Positions 38,913 to 48,127 of a stretch of DNA of 57,421 nt are shown one piece after another (position 1 is the stretch's first letter; each line of letters starts with the position of its first letter). The notes under the pieces were generated by a model. It was not told where the DNA came from, searched no databases, and saw nothing but the letters and a program-made list of their open reading frames with translations. Made by a program: the position numbers and the translations under genes. This stretch comes from Promethearchaeota archaeon. GTDB lineage: Archaea > Asgardarchaeota > Lokiarchaeia > Sigyniarchaeales > SOKP01. Location of the stretch: assembly GCA_008080735.1 (NCBI GenBank), contig SHMW01000018.1, forward strand, positions 1 to 57,421, written 5' to 3'.

Positions 38913-39684
38913 TCATTCCTAATAAATTTAAAATATTATTTGCAAAATATAGCTTTTGTGTCGTTTTATCGATATTATATTGAATTAACCAATTTTTATC
39001 TTGGTTTAAATTGTCTGGAATCTTGGAATAATGCACATCTGTTCCAAAAACAAGCTTTTTAAAAGCACCCTCCCACCAAAGCCATTTTCTCAGCCCAATT
39101 CTATCAGCACGCACACGCCACCCATCGGGTTCCCCTGTGATATCAGAATATACATTTGGTCGCATTCGAATTAATTCGGCAGCTTCATTATTCCAATGTA
39201 CCCCAAGATGAGCAATAATAATATTCAATTTATTGAAATTATTCGCAATGGGTTCCAAACGCATAGGATGCATATCCCAAGATGAATAAGATATCTCTTT
39301 TGATGGATTTGGAATAGTAACTATTCCAGTATGAAATAATATTGGCATCTTTAGTTTTTCTGCCATTTCCCACAGAGGATAAAATGACTTGTGATTATAT
39401 GGTTTGGTGGGAATCGTCACTTTTAGCATTTTAAAACCATCATTATATGCTTCTTGAATCTCATCAATTCCAGACACTCCTGGTTGGATATAATATGAGC
39501 CAATTATCTTATCAGGATTCATTTTGAATGCTCTTTTTACATCTGAATTGTTTCTACAAAAGAATTTTTCACCCAATCCACTCAAACAACATTTTTCTAT
39601 TTCATTTATCTCCATAGTTTTTAACAGATTTTTAAGGTAATGTGGTTCATCCAAATAATGTGCATGAGCATCAATAATCAGCAT
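38899..39684 (-). CDS. Amidohydrolase_2 family metallohydrolase
   Basis: IIDAHAH, ILFHTG, IIAHLG, FGTD. Confidence 0.88.
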   Translation of the reverse strand: MLIIDAHAHYLDEPHYLKNLLKTMEINEIEKCCLSGLGEKFFCRNNSDVKRAFKMNPDKIIGSYYIQPGVSGIDEIQEAYNDGFKMLKVTIPTKPYNHKSFYPLWEMAEKLKMPILFHTGIVTIPNPSKEISYSSWDMHPMRLEPIANNFNKLNIIIAHLGVHWNNEAAELIRMRPNVYSDITGEPDGWRVRADRIGLRKWLWWEGAFKKLVFGTDVHYSKIPDNLNQDKNWLIQYNIDKTTQKLYFANNILNLLGMIENG

Positions 39685-39885
39685 TTAAACACCTTCCTCT
39701 AATTGCTACTAAGTTTAAATCAATTCTCACTAATAAAAAAAACCTATGGAAATTAAAATACTAATTGCTTTAACTTTCACATTGCTTACAATCACAAAAT
39801 CAAAAGGATCTTTAGAGAATGTGTATAAAATAATTAAAAAAGATTAGATATTTTATTGGTGTGGATTAGATTTTATATAATCATC

Positions 39886-41184
39886 TTAGTAATGCCCTTT
39901 CATTTCATGTCTCTCGTCTTCTATTTTCCCTTTCAGAAGCGGATCATTTGTACTAATCATCCAGTCGTTTAATTCCGTCCTTAATTCATATAAAATATCA
40001 CTATAATCTGCGTTTTCAATTAGATTATTCATCTCATTTGGATCATTCTTAAGGTCATATAATTCCTCCATAGCGCGTGGTTCTTGACTTCTTTCCTTCA
40101 TCACTTTACCCGAAGGATCCATCATAATATCTTTAGGTATTTGATAAAGAGAATCCAATTTTTTAAAATTCTTTATATATTTGAATTTATGTGTCCTTAC
40201 CCCTCTCATTGGGTCATAGATCTCATGATATGTTTTTTCCGCATATATTTTATTATGAATCTCTTCTTTCTCTCCTTTTAGAATAGGTATAAAGCTTTTT
40301 CCTTCAATTCTTTCTCCTATCTTGCCACCTACTAAATCTATAAGAGATGGTAATAAATCGATATTGCTTAACATACTTTTCACTACCTTTCCTCCGCTCA
40401 AGTATTCTGCGCCCGGATAGTGCATTAAAAGAATTGTTTTTAATCCAGGATCGTATAGCGTGCATTTAGCTCTTGGATAAGGGATACCGTGATCTGTGGT
40501 GTAAATGAATATAGTATTTTCTAATATACCAAGATCATCCAAATGGTCCCAAATTGTTCCAATTGTCTGATCTACAATCTCAACATTCCCGTAAAATCCC
40601 GCTAAATCTTCTCTAATCTCATCAATATCCGGTAAATAAGGCGGGACCTTCACTCTCGCTGGATCAACTGGTTCTGCCCACGCTTGATAAGGTCGGTGCA
40701 CCTCGATTGTCCCTATATTGACAAAAAATGGCTTCTCATCATCTTTATGCTCACTAAGAAATTTTAAATATTTTCTTTCCATCCGAGCTCGAGAGTATTT
40801 AAATTCTGGACCTCGTTTGCTAATAGTATCGTATCCTAAGGTATTCGCATCATGAACTTCATGCTGTAGTCCTAAAAGGTGTGTGGTATAACCATTTTCT
40901 TTTAAATACATTGGGAGTGTTTTATTATCTTCGGGCATGCTCCATCCAAGGTTTACAAGTCCCATTAAACCATTCTGATGAGGATATAAAGATGTTTTTA
41001 TTGAACTTCTACTGGGACTACATTGCGGAGCGGTACAAAAATAATTAGTAAATTGAACCCCCTCTTGAGCAATTTTGTCTATATTCGGAGTATTCAACGA
41101 ATTTGGTACTTCGGAATCATAACATCCAGCATACTGTCCTTGATCATGGGTAATAAATAAAACAATATTCGGTTTTTTATTCAT
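39886..41184 (-). CDS. Cys-type S1 sulfatase, sulfamidase (N-sulfoglucosamine sulfohydrolase)-like
   Basis: KPNIV, CSPSR formylglycine motif, VHRPY, PPYLPD, TDHGIPYPRAKCTLYDPG, ELYDL..DP.E..NL. Confidence 0.9.
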   Translation of the reverse strand: MNKKPNIVLFITHDQGQYAGCYDSEVPNSLNTPNIDKIAQEGVQFTNYFCTAPQCSPSRSSIKTSLYPHQNGLMGLVNLGWSMPEDNKTLPMYLKENGYTTHLLGLQHEVHDANTLGYDTISKRGPEFKYSRARMERKYLKFLSEHKDDEKPFFVNIGTIEVHRPYQAWAEPVDPARVKVPPYLPDIDEIREDLAGFYGNVEIVDQTIGTIWDHLDDLGILENTIFIYTTDHGIPYPRAKCTLYDPGLKTILLMHYPGAEYLSGGKVVKSMLSNIDLLPSLIDLVGGKIGERIEGKSFIPILKGEKEEIHNKIYAEKTYHEIYDPMRGVRTHKFKYIKNFKKLDSLYQIPKDIMMDPSGKVMKERSQEPRAMEELYDLKNDPNEMNNLIENADYSDILYELRTELNDWMISTNDPLLKGKIEDERHEMKGHY

Positions 41185-41366
41185 AATCTTAATTTAGGTT
41201 ATCATTGGGAGTATTAATATCTTTTAGATTTAACAATTTAGAGAAGGAACTAAAAAATTTTGATACAATAGAAAATATTTATCCGAATTAAGAAAATTTT
41301 TTTTGAATCAATAATAAATCCAATTAACATATAAAATCAATCTAATCTAATTTTTAACAATAGAAT

Positions 41367-42035
41367 ATGAAGTATTTTTTAGATAGTGCGATAATTGACG
41401 AAATAATATATGCGAAAGAAAACTGGGGCATTGTAGGGGTTACTTCCAATCCTAAGCATGTGAAGACATCTGGAAAGGAGTTTTTTACCGTCGTGAAAGA
41501 ATTCGCTGATACTTTTGATGATGATAATTTTCCTATTTCTGTAGAAATTGACCCGCATATTAAAGACGCTGAAACCATGATTAGTGAAGCAAAAAAGATC
41601 GCCGCTCTCTCTAATAATTTCGTTATTAAAATTCCATGTAATGAACAAGGGTTAATTGCAACAAAAAAATTATCAGATAAGGGAATCAAAGTAAATGTGA
41701 CCTTAGTATTCACAAGCTCACAAGCCTTACAAGTTGGACGCATAGGAGCTCGATATTGTTCTCCGTTCATTGGATGGCAGGAGGCGAGTGGCGTGGATTG
41801 TTATAATTTAATCGCAGACATCGTCACCATGTATCATAACTACGATTTTGATACAGAAATTATCGTTGCAGCCGTGAGAAATGGAAAACAAATCGCCGAC
41901 GCAGCGGTGATGGGTGCGGATATAGTTACCGCTGGTTTTGATGTATATAAAGGGAGCTTTGAACACCCCTTTACGGATAAAGGATTAAAGATTTTCCAAG
42001 ATGCATGGGATGAAACCGACATAGGTTCTCTCTAA
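41367..42035 (+). CDS. Transaldolase, sulfofructose transaldolase (SqvA/SftT)-like
   Basis: MKYFLDSA, GVTSNPKH, FPISVEI, VIKIPC (Schiff-base Lys), NVTLVF, SPFIGW (Trp where phosphate-binding transaldolases have Arg), AAVRNGKQI. Confidence 0.85.
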   Translation: MKYFLDSAIIDEIIYAKENWGIVGVTSNPKHVKTSGKEFFTVVKEFADTFDDDNFPISVEIDPHIKDAETMISEAKKIAALSNNFVIKIPCNEQGLIATKKLSDKGIKVNVTLVFTSSQALQVGRIGARYCSPFIGWQEASGVDCYNLIADIVTMYHNYDFDTEIIVAAVRNGKQIADAAVMGADIVTAGFDVYKGSFEHPFTDKGLKIFQDAWDETDIGSL

Positions 42036-42086
42036 TGAGAATAACTCAACTTTAAAAATTTTAAAACTTTTTTCAACTTACTATAA

Positions 42087-43457
42087 ATGACTACTAATAA
42101 AGTCTCTGAAACAAAAAGAAAACAATCTAGAATCTCGGAGCCTCCGTTAACAATAAAATCATTTTTAAAATATCTTGGACCTGCTTTTATCTTTACTGCA
42201 GCCCAAATTGGGGGTGGAGAATTTATTACTGTTCCGTTGCTTGGAGCATATTTCGGGATGAGTGGTTTATTTCTTGTGCCTATTATAGCATATATTAAGA
42301 TTTTTGGGCAATATTATTTAGTGCAGTATGGAGTAACACGTGGGAAAACATTTCTACAGACTAGTTGGGACCATAAATGGCTAAGATGGATGTTTTTTGC
42401 TCTAATGGGAGGATGTTTTCTTCATGCCATAATGATGGCGGGATTATTAGGAGAAACTTCAGGAACGTTTAATTTTGTTTTTCCAATTGATATCAAAATA
42501 TGGATAATTATCATCGCGATCGCTGGATTTATAATTGTTTCAACTAGAAGCTATAATTTGTTGGAAAAAACTTCCACTGTGTTATTATGGGTTTTTCTTT
42601 CATTGATTATCATCGTTGCCATATTGTTTTGGCCTACCATTGACCAATGGATAGTTGGGTTCACACCTACCTTTCCGGGAGCAAACCCAGGCTTGGAAAC
42701 CACTTCAGGTATACAGACTCTTGCCGTTTTATTTGTCGTGTTGGGAGCGGGATTTGGTCCAACCGTTTCCTATATTTTTTACGCAAAAGATAAAAATATG
42801 GGCATGTTTGAAGCATCTTCTAAAGGATTCGACATCAAACCAGAAGATCTAACTGAAGAAGAAATAAAGAGGCTTAAAGGATGGAAAAAGGTTGTACTAT
42901 ATCAAAACCTTGTTTCTGCGACTATTTTAAGCATATTTTCAATTCTAATCTGGACCGCGGCAGCTGGAACACTTTTTAAAGAAGGTATTAAACCCAGAGG
43001 AGATGATCTCGTCGCACAAATGATACTAATATTTACATCGACATACGGTGAATGGTCTGGCTATTTATTTATGATTTGTGGATCTCTTGCTCTATTTAGT
43101 TCTGTGATTGGTCCACTATATGGCTTCTCTCGATTATGGGAAGAAAGTTTTGAACGTCTAGGATTATATCGTAAATATAAAATTGATAAAAAGATTGTGT
43201 TTAGATTATGTTTAGTAATGTTTACACTATTTCCCCTTGTTCTCGCCTTAGTCTTCGATAATCCCATGCAACTATTTTCATTTTCAGGAATAGTGACGGG
43301 TCCGATTTTAGGCCTGGTCTATATAGTTCCAATAATCGTGCTTTACTATGAAATGAAAAAAACAGCGCCAGAATTAAAACCACGCCGATATTGGGCAATG
43401 GCACTTGCGATTCTCAGCGGTATACTCATGATAGTTTTAGCTTTGATGGGTTTTTAG
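42087..43457 (+). CDS. Nramp-like / APC-superfamily secondary transporter
   Basis: LGPAFIFTAAQIGGGEFI..P..GA.FG start and about 11 TM helices. Confidence 0.85.
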   Translation: MTTNKVSETKRKQSRISEPPLTIKSFLKYLGPAFIFTAAQIGGGEFITVPLLGAYFGMSGLFLVPIIAYIKIFGQYYLVQYGVTRGKTFLQTSWDHKWLRWMFFALMGGCFLHAIMMAGLLGETSGTFNFVFPIDIKIWIIIIAIAGFIIVSTRSYNLLEKTSTVLLWVFLSLIIIVAILFWPTIDQWIVGFTPTFPGANPGLETTSGIQTLAVLFVVLGAGFGPTVSYIFYAKDKNMGMFEASSKGFDIKPEDLTEEEIKRLKGWKKVVLYQNLVSATILSIFSILIWTAAAGTLFKEGIKPRGDDLVAQMILIFTSTYGEWSGYLFMICGSLALFSSVIGPLYGFSRLWEESFERLGLYRKYKIDKKIVFRLCLVMFTLFPLVLALVFDNPMQLFSFSGIVTGPILGLVYIVPIIVLYYEMKKTAPELKPRRYWAMALAILSGILMIVLALMGF

Positions 43458-43668
43458 TCAAATTTTATTCTATTTTATTTTACTTTTTTTCTCACAATAT
43501 AAATCTTAAGATCTTTCAACAAAAATTAAAAATTTTAAATATTTTTAAAAAAGAATCAGATTAAATGAACAGAACATCACGAAAATACCAAAGAAAAAGC
43601 TAATTAAGAGCTAAAAATAACCTAGAATACTAAACAAATTACTCATAAATTTATTTTAAATTTATCAG

Positions 43669-43893
43669 ATGAGCGGAAAAATCAAAATTAAGGAAGAATA
43701 TTGTAAAGGATGCGGATTTTGCGTTGAGATTTGTCCTAAAAGCGTTTTAAAACAAAATTCGAAATCGAATGCTAAAGGATTTATTCTTCCAGAAGTAATA
43801 AATAGAGAGGAATGCATATTTTGTAAAAAATGTGAACTAATTTGCCCTGAGATGGCTATATCTATAATAAACGAGGAGGAAAATAATGAATGA
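43669..43893 (+). CDS. korD: 2-oxoacid:ferredoxin oxidoreductase delta subunit (2x[4Fe-4S])
   Basis: CKGCGFCVEICP and CIFCKKCELICP; first gene of the OFOR operon. Confidence 0.88.
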   Translation: MSGKIKIKEEYCKGCGFCVEICPKSVLKQNSKSNAKGFILPEVINREECIFCKKCELICPEMAISIINEEENNE

Positions 43894-45064
43894 AATTAAT
43901 GTAGACGATATATTACAACCAAAAACGCAATTTGCCACTGGAAATGAAGCAATTGTTTATGGTGCCTTATTAGCTAATTGTCGTTTTTTTGCAGGATACC
44001 CTATTACACCAGCAAGCGAAATATTAGAATTAATGTCAAAATACTTACCTCTTCTAGAAAATGGCTATTTTTTACAGATGGAAGACGAAATAGCTTCCAT
44101 CGCAGCTATTATTGGAGCAAGCTGGAATAATTTTCGGACAATGACAGCTACATCTGGACCAGGTTTTTCTTTAATGCAAGAAAATATAGGCTTCGCGTGT
44201 ATGACTGAAACGCCATGTGTAATTGTTGATGTTCAGAGATCTGGTCCATCTACAGGTCAGCCTACAAAACCAGCCCAAGGAGACACGATGGAAGTAAGAT
44301 ACGGAACCCATGGAGATCATAATATTATCGCATTATATCCAAATAGTATTCAAGAATGTCTATGGTTGACCATCCGAGCATTTAACTTGGCAGATAAATA
44401 TAGAGTTCCAGTAATTTTGCTTTCGGACGCAGCCATCGCCCATATGAGAGAAAAATTAGTTATTCCAAATCAAAATGAAATAGATATTATTGCTCGAGTA
44501 CCGGTTACAATTGAGAAACAAAAATATCATCCTTTTCGTACAGGATATACAAGACCAAGCAAGGTTCCTGAAATGGACAGATTTGGGAACAAATATCATA
44601 CATATTTAACTGGTTTAACTCATGATTGGAAGGCATTACCAGAAACCGATGACCCCGAAGTACACGAGAAACTAATTCGGCGATTTTATGAAAAAATTGA
44701 AGATAATAAAGATGATATTGTAACTTATGAAAAATCAAATACCGAAGATGCTGATATCATCATCGTGTCCTATGGAATAAGCTCCAGAACAGTTAATACA
44801 GCGATTCAGAAGGCGAGAGAACAAGGGTATAGAGTCGGGCATTTACGTTTAATTACATTATGGCCATTCCCATCAGAACAAATATTAGACCTTTCCTTGG
44901 AAATTAAAAAATTTATTGTGGTTGAGATGAATTTAGGGCAAATGTATCACTCTGTTGTGGAGTTTTCACAAGGTAACTGTCAAGTTGATTCTTTATTTTC
45001 AATCGGTGGGAAGATTCCAAGCCCTAGGGAAATATTAAAAATCATTAAAAAGAGGATTTTATAA
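43886..45064 (+). CDS. korA: 2-oxoacid:ferredoxin oxidoreductase alpha subunit
   Basis: GNEA, FAGYPITPAS, QMEDE, TATSGPG, QRSGPSTG.PT. Confidence 0.92.
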   Translation: MNEINVDDILQPKTQFATGNEAIVYGALLANCRFFAGYPITPASEILELMSKYLPLLENGYFLQMEDEIASIAAIIGASWNNFRTMTATSGPGFSLMQENIGFACMTETPCVIVDVQRSGPSTGQPTKPAQGDTMEVRYGTHGDHNIIALYPNSIQECLWLTIRAFNLADKYRVPVILLSDAAIAHMREKLVIPNQNEIDIIARVPVTIEKQKYHPFRTGYTRPSKVPEMDRFGNKYHTYLTGLTHDWKALPETDDPEVHEKLIRRFYEKIEDNKDDIVTYEKSNTEDADIIIVSYGISSRTVNTAIQKAREQGYRVGHLRLITLWPFPSEQILDLSLEIKKFIVVEMNLGQMYHSVVEFSQGNCQVDSLFSIGGKIPSPREILKIIKKRIL

Positions 45065-45066
45065 AA

Positions 45067-45948
45067 TTGAAATCTGCAGAAGAGTTACGAGAGAAATATT
45101 TACGTAAAGACCTTTTACCTTCAATCTTTTGTCCTGGATGCGGAATTGGACAAATTATGCAATATGTAGTGAGAGCTATTGATGACTTGCAAATCTCCCA
45201 AGACAATCTGGTATTTGTCTCTGGAATAGGATGTTCTTCTAGGTTGCCTGCATATTTTGAAGCATATGGCATTCATACACTACACGGTCGAGCATTAGCA
45301 TATGCAACCGGTATTAAAGTCACAAATCCCGATTTAACGGTAATTGTATTCACGGGTGACGGCGATCTTGCTGCTATTGGCTTGAGTCATTTCCTCCACG
45401 CAATTAGACGAAATATAGACATAACCGTGATATGTGTAAATAATGAGACGTATGGAATGACTGGTGGCCAAGTTAGCCCGACGACTTCAATGGGAACCAT
45501 AACTAAAACTACCCCTTATAAAAATATTGAACATTCATTTAATCTTTCATTTTTAGCTAAAGCTGCTGGCGCGGTATATGTTTCTAGGTGGACCACGGCA
45601 CATTCTATGCAAGTAATAAAGTCTATTAAGAAGGGGATACAAAAGAAAGGGTTATCATTCATAGAATTAATTTCTTCGTGCCCTACAAGTAATAAAAGAT
45701 TTGAAGATACTACCGATTATCTGAACTTTTTTCTCAATGAAACAATTAATTATTCAAAAGCTTGTAAGGACGAATATTCAAGCCACGTATTTAAGGATTT
45801 AGATGAATGTTTTACCGCTAGATATCAAGGAAAATTAATTATTGGGGAAATAACGGACCTTGATAAACCCGATTATCATACACTATATAAACAATTAAAA
45901 GAGAGGATTAAAGATGAATTTTGGGAGCAACGTTCAAAAAGAGGTTAG
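45067..45948 (+). CDS. korB: 2-oxoacid:ferredoxin oxidoreductase beta subunit
   Basis: CPGCG, SGIGCS, HTLHGR, GDGD...NN TPP motif, YGMTGGQ.SPT. Confidence 0.92.
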   Translation: MKSAEELREKYLRKDLLPSIFCPGCGIGQIMQYVVRAIDDLQISQDNLVFVSGIGCSSRLPAYFEAYGIHTLHGRALAYATGIKVTNPDLTVIVFTGDGDLAAIGLSHFLHAIRRNIDITVICVNNETYGMTGGQVSPTTSMGTITKTTPYKNIEHSFNLSFLAKAAGAVYVSRWTTAHSMQVIKSIKKGIQKKGLSFIELISSCPTSNKRFEDTTDYLNFFLNETINYSKACKDEYSSHVFKDLDECFTARYQGKLIIGEITDLDKPDYHTLYKQLKERIKDEFWEQRSKRG

Positions 45949-46462
45949 TATCCGATTTTGTGGTGCTGGGGGGATGGGTGTTATTCTTGCCAGTATAATT
46001 TTGGGCAGAGCAGCAATTGCAGACGGAAAAAATTCAATTCAAACTCAATCCTATGGTGCTGAACAAAGAGGTACAAAAGTTAAAAGTGATATTCTTATTT
46101 CTGAATTTGAAGAACCAACTTTCCCTTTGTTTAATCACGTAGACATATTAATCGCATTCTCTCAAGATGCGTTCAATCACTTTTTCTCGAGCATAAAGAA
46201 GGAAGGTATTGTTGTTATAAATGAAGATCTTGTAGAAACAAATCAAAAAGACAAGAAAATATATAAAGTATCCGCCAGCACCTTGGCAGAAGAACTCAAA
46301 AATTCTAAAATTATGAATATCATAATGCTAGGGAGTTTAATTAAACTTACAAATATTGTATCAAAACAATCTATAATTGATACTATTAACACATCGGTTC
46401 CAAAAAAATATAAACATATCAATATAGAAGGATTTCGAAAAGGATATAATCTAAACTTTTAA
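45914..46462 (+). CDS. korC: 2-oxoacid:ferredoxin oxidoreductase gamma subunit
   Basis: G.GGMGVIL, QSYGAEQRG, NIIMLG. Confidence 0.9.
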   Translation: MNFGSNVQKEVSIRFCGAGGMGVILASIILGRAAIADGKNSIQTQSYGAEQRGTKVKSDILISEFEEPTFPLFNHVDILIAFSQDAFNHFFSSIKKEGIVVINEDLVETNQKDKKIYKVSASTLAEELKNSKIMNIIMLGSLIKLTNIVSKQSIIDTINTSVPKKYKHINIEGFRKGYNLNF

Positions 46463-46507
46463 TATTTATTTTATACTTTTAATTAAGATTAAAAGGTTAT
46501 GTGAAAA

Positions 46508-47731
46508 TTGAAGAGAGTAGCAATTATTGGCGTTGGACATACTAAATTCGGAAAGCTTGAAGACAAGAATCTCATGGATCTCTTATGCGATGCTTCTTTA
46601 GAAGCGATACATGATTCTAATACCGAAAATGAGAAATTTGATTCTGTTTATGTTGGATGTATGAGTGCGCATGCATTTAATAACATCTCTGGTATTGCGA
46701 GTGCTTTAGTAGACAAAATTGGAATAATCCCGGCTGCGGCGAATCATATAAAAAATGGTCCCGCAAGTGGAGGTTCAGCAATCATCGCAGGTTTTCAATC
46801 AATAGCATCGGGTTTGAGTGATTTAACACTCGTTGTTGGAGCTGAAAAGATGACACATATTTCAACTCCAGGATATATCACATCAAATGTCGCAACATTA
46901 ACACATCCAGAAGCAGAGCGAATTCATGGAATATCATTACCTGGGATGGCGGGTTTGTTAGCGAGAACATATTTGAAAAAATATAATGCTAAATTAAGTT
47001 GGCTTTCAGATATCGCTATAAAAAACCATGATAATGGAGCGCTCAATTCATTAGCCCATTTCCAACGATCCATCAAAAATTTCATGGAAAGTGCTATCAA
47101 GAAGGGAAAAGGAACGTGGGATAATGTCCATGAATTTTTAGAGGATGATGATAGAAATCCAATAATTGCAGACCCTCTTCGATTATTCCATATCTGCCCA
47201 ATTTCAGATGGAGCAGCTGCGCTTGTTCTCTGTGATGCAAAGAAAGCAAAAAATTATTGTGATAGGCCCATTTTAATTTCAGGAATTGGACAAGCGACCG
47301 ATACCCACATAGTCTATGAACGAGAGGATATAACTACTTTAAGAGCTCTGAAAATATGTTCGCAAAAAGCATACCAAATGGCGGGATTAAAACCATCAGA
47401 TATTGATGTAGCTGAATTGCATGACGCATTTGAAATATTAGAGGCTGTAGAGAGTGAAGATATAGGTTTTTTTGCTAAAGGAGAAGGTGCAAAAGCAGCT
47501 CATGAAGGGCTAACACAAATCGATGGTCAAATCCCTATTAATCCTTCTGGAGGCTTAAAAGCACGGGGACATCCTTTAGGTGCAACAGGAGTTGCTCAAG
47601 TAGTCGAATTATTTTGGCAATTACGTGGGGAGGCGGAAAAAAGACAAGTTCAAGATGCAGAGAAGGGCATAACGTGCAATTTTGGTGGATTTGGAAATAA
47701 TATTATATCCGTTATCGTAGAAAAGATGTGA
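46508..47731 (+). CDS. Thiolase-fold protein lacking the catalytic cysteines
   Basis: PISDGAAA and NPSGGLKARGHPLGATG are present, but NGPASG replaces N.CASG and HDAF replaces HDCF. Confidence 0.88.
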   Translation: MKRVAIIGVGHTKFGKLEDKNLMDLLCDASLEAIHDSNTENEKFDSVYVGCMSAHAFNNISGIASALVDKIGIIPAAANHIKNGPASGGSAIIAGFQSIASGLSDLTLVVGAEKMTHISTPGYITSNVATLTHPEAERIHGISLPGMAGLLARTYLKKYNAKLSWLSDIAIKNHDNGALNSLAHFQRSIKNFMESAIKKGKGTWDNVHEFLEDDDRNPIIADPLRLFHICPISDGAAALVLCDAKKAKNYCDRPILISGIGQATDTHIVYEREDITTLRALKICSQKAYQMAGLKPSDIDVAELHDAFEILEAVESEDIGFFAKGEGAKAAHEGLTQIDGQIPINPSGGLKARGHPLGATGVAQVVELFWQLRGEAEKRQVQDAEKGITCNFGGFGNNIISVIVEKM

Positions 47732-47737
47732 GTTCAT

Positions 47738-48103
47738 ATGATGAAAAACCAAGAATTTGAGGTAAATTGGAAAAAATGCAAGAATTGCGGATTTATACAA
47801 CATCATTCTCATATAAGATGTTTGAAATGTAAAAATGAACAATTTACTACAACAGAACCATCTGGAAAGGCTACCCTTATAAGTTATACGATTTTGAAGT
47901 CACCTCCCATGGAATTTCGAGATAAACATTCCTATGCATTAGGAATAATTGAATTTGAAAATGGAATTAGATTAATGGGGCAGATTAAGGAGAATGCCGA
48001 TTTAGAAATTGGAATAGAAGTAAAACTTCACAATGAGACCATCTGTAAGGATTTAGATGGAAGGGAAATTATTACATACATTTTTGAACCCGTTAAAAGT
48101 TAA
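47738..48103 (+). CDS. DUF35 Zn-ribbon/OB-fold protein
   Basis: CKNCG...CLKC, G...SYT, LEIGIEV; adjacent to the thiolase-fold gene. Confidence 0.9.
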   Translation: MMKNQEFEVNWKKCKNCGFIQHHSHIRCLKCKNEQFTTTEPSGKATLISYTILKSPPMEFRDKHSYALGIIEFENGIRLMGQIKENADLEIGIEVKLHNETICKDLDGREIITYIFEPVKS

Positions 48104-48127
48104 ATTCATATAAGGAGGACGTGGAAT

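Noticed and set aside
28261-43560. Recurring AAAAATTTTT palindromes upstream of several catabolic genes
   Set aside because: Expected by chance in very AT-rich spacers; no distinctive shared motif.
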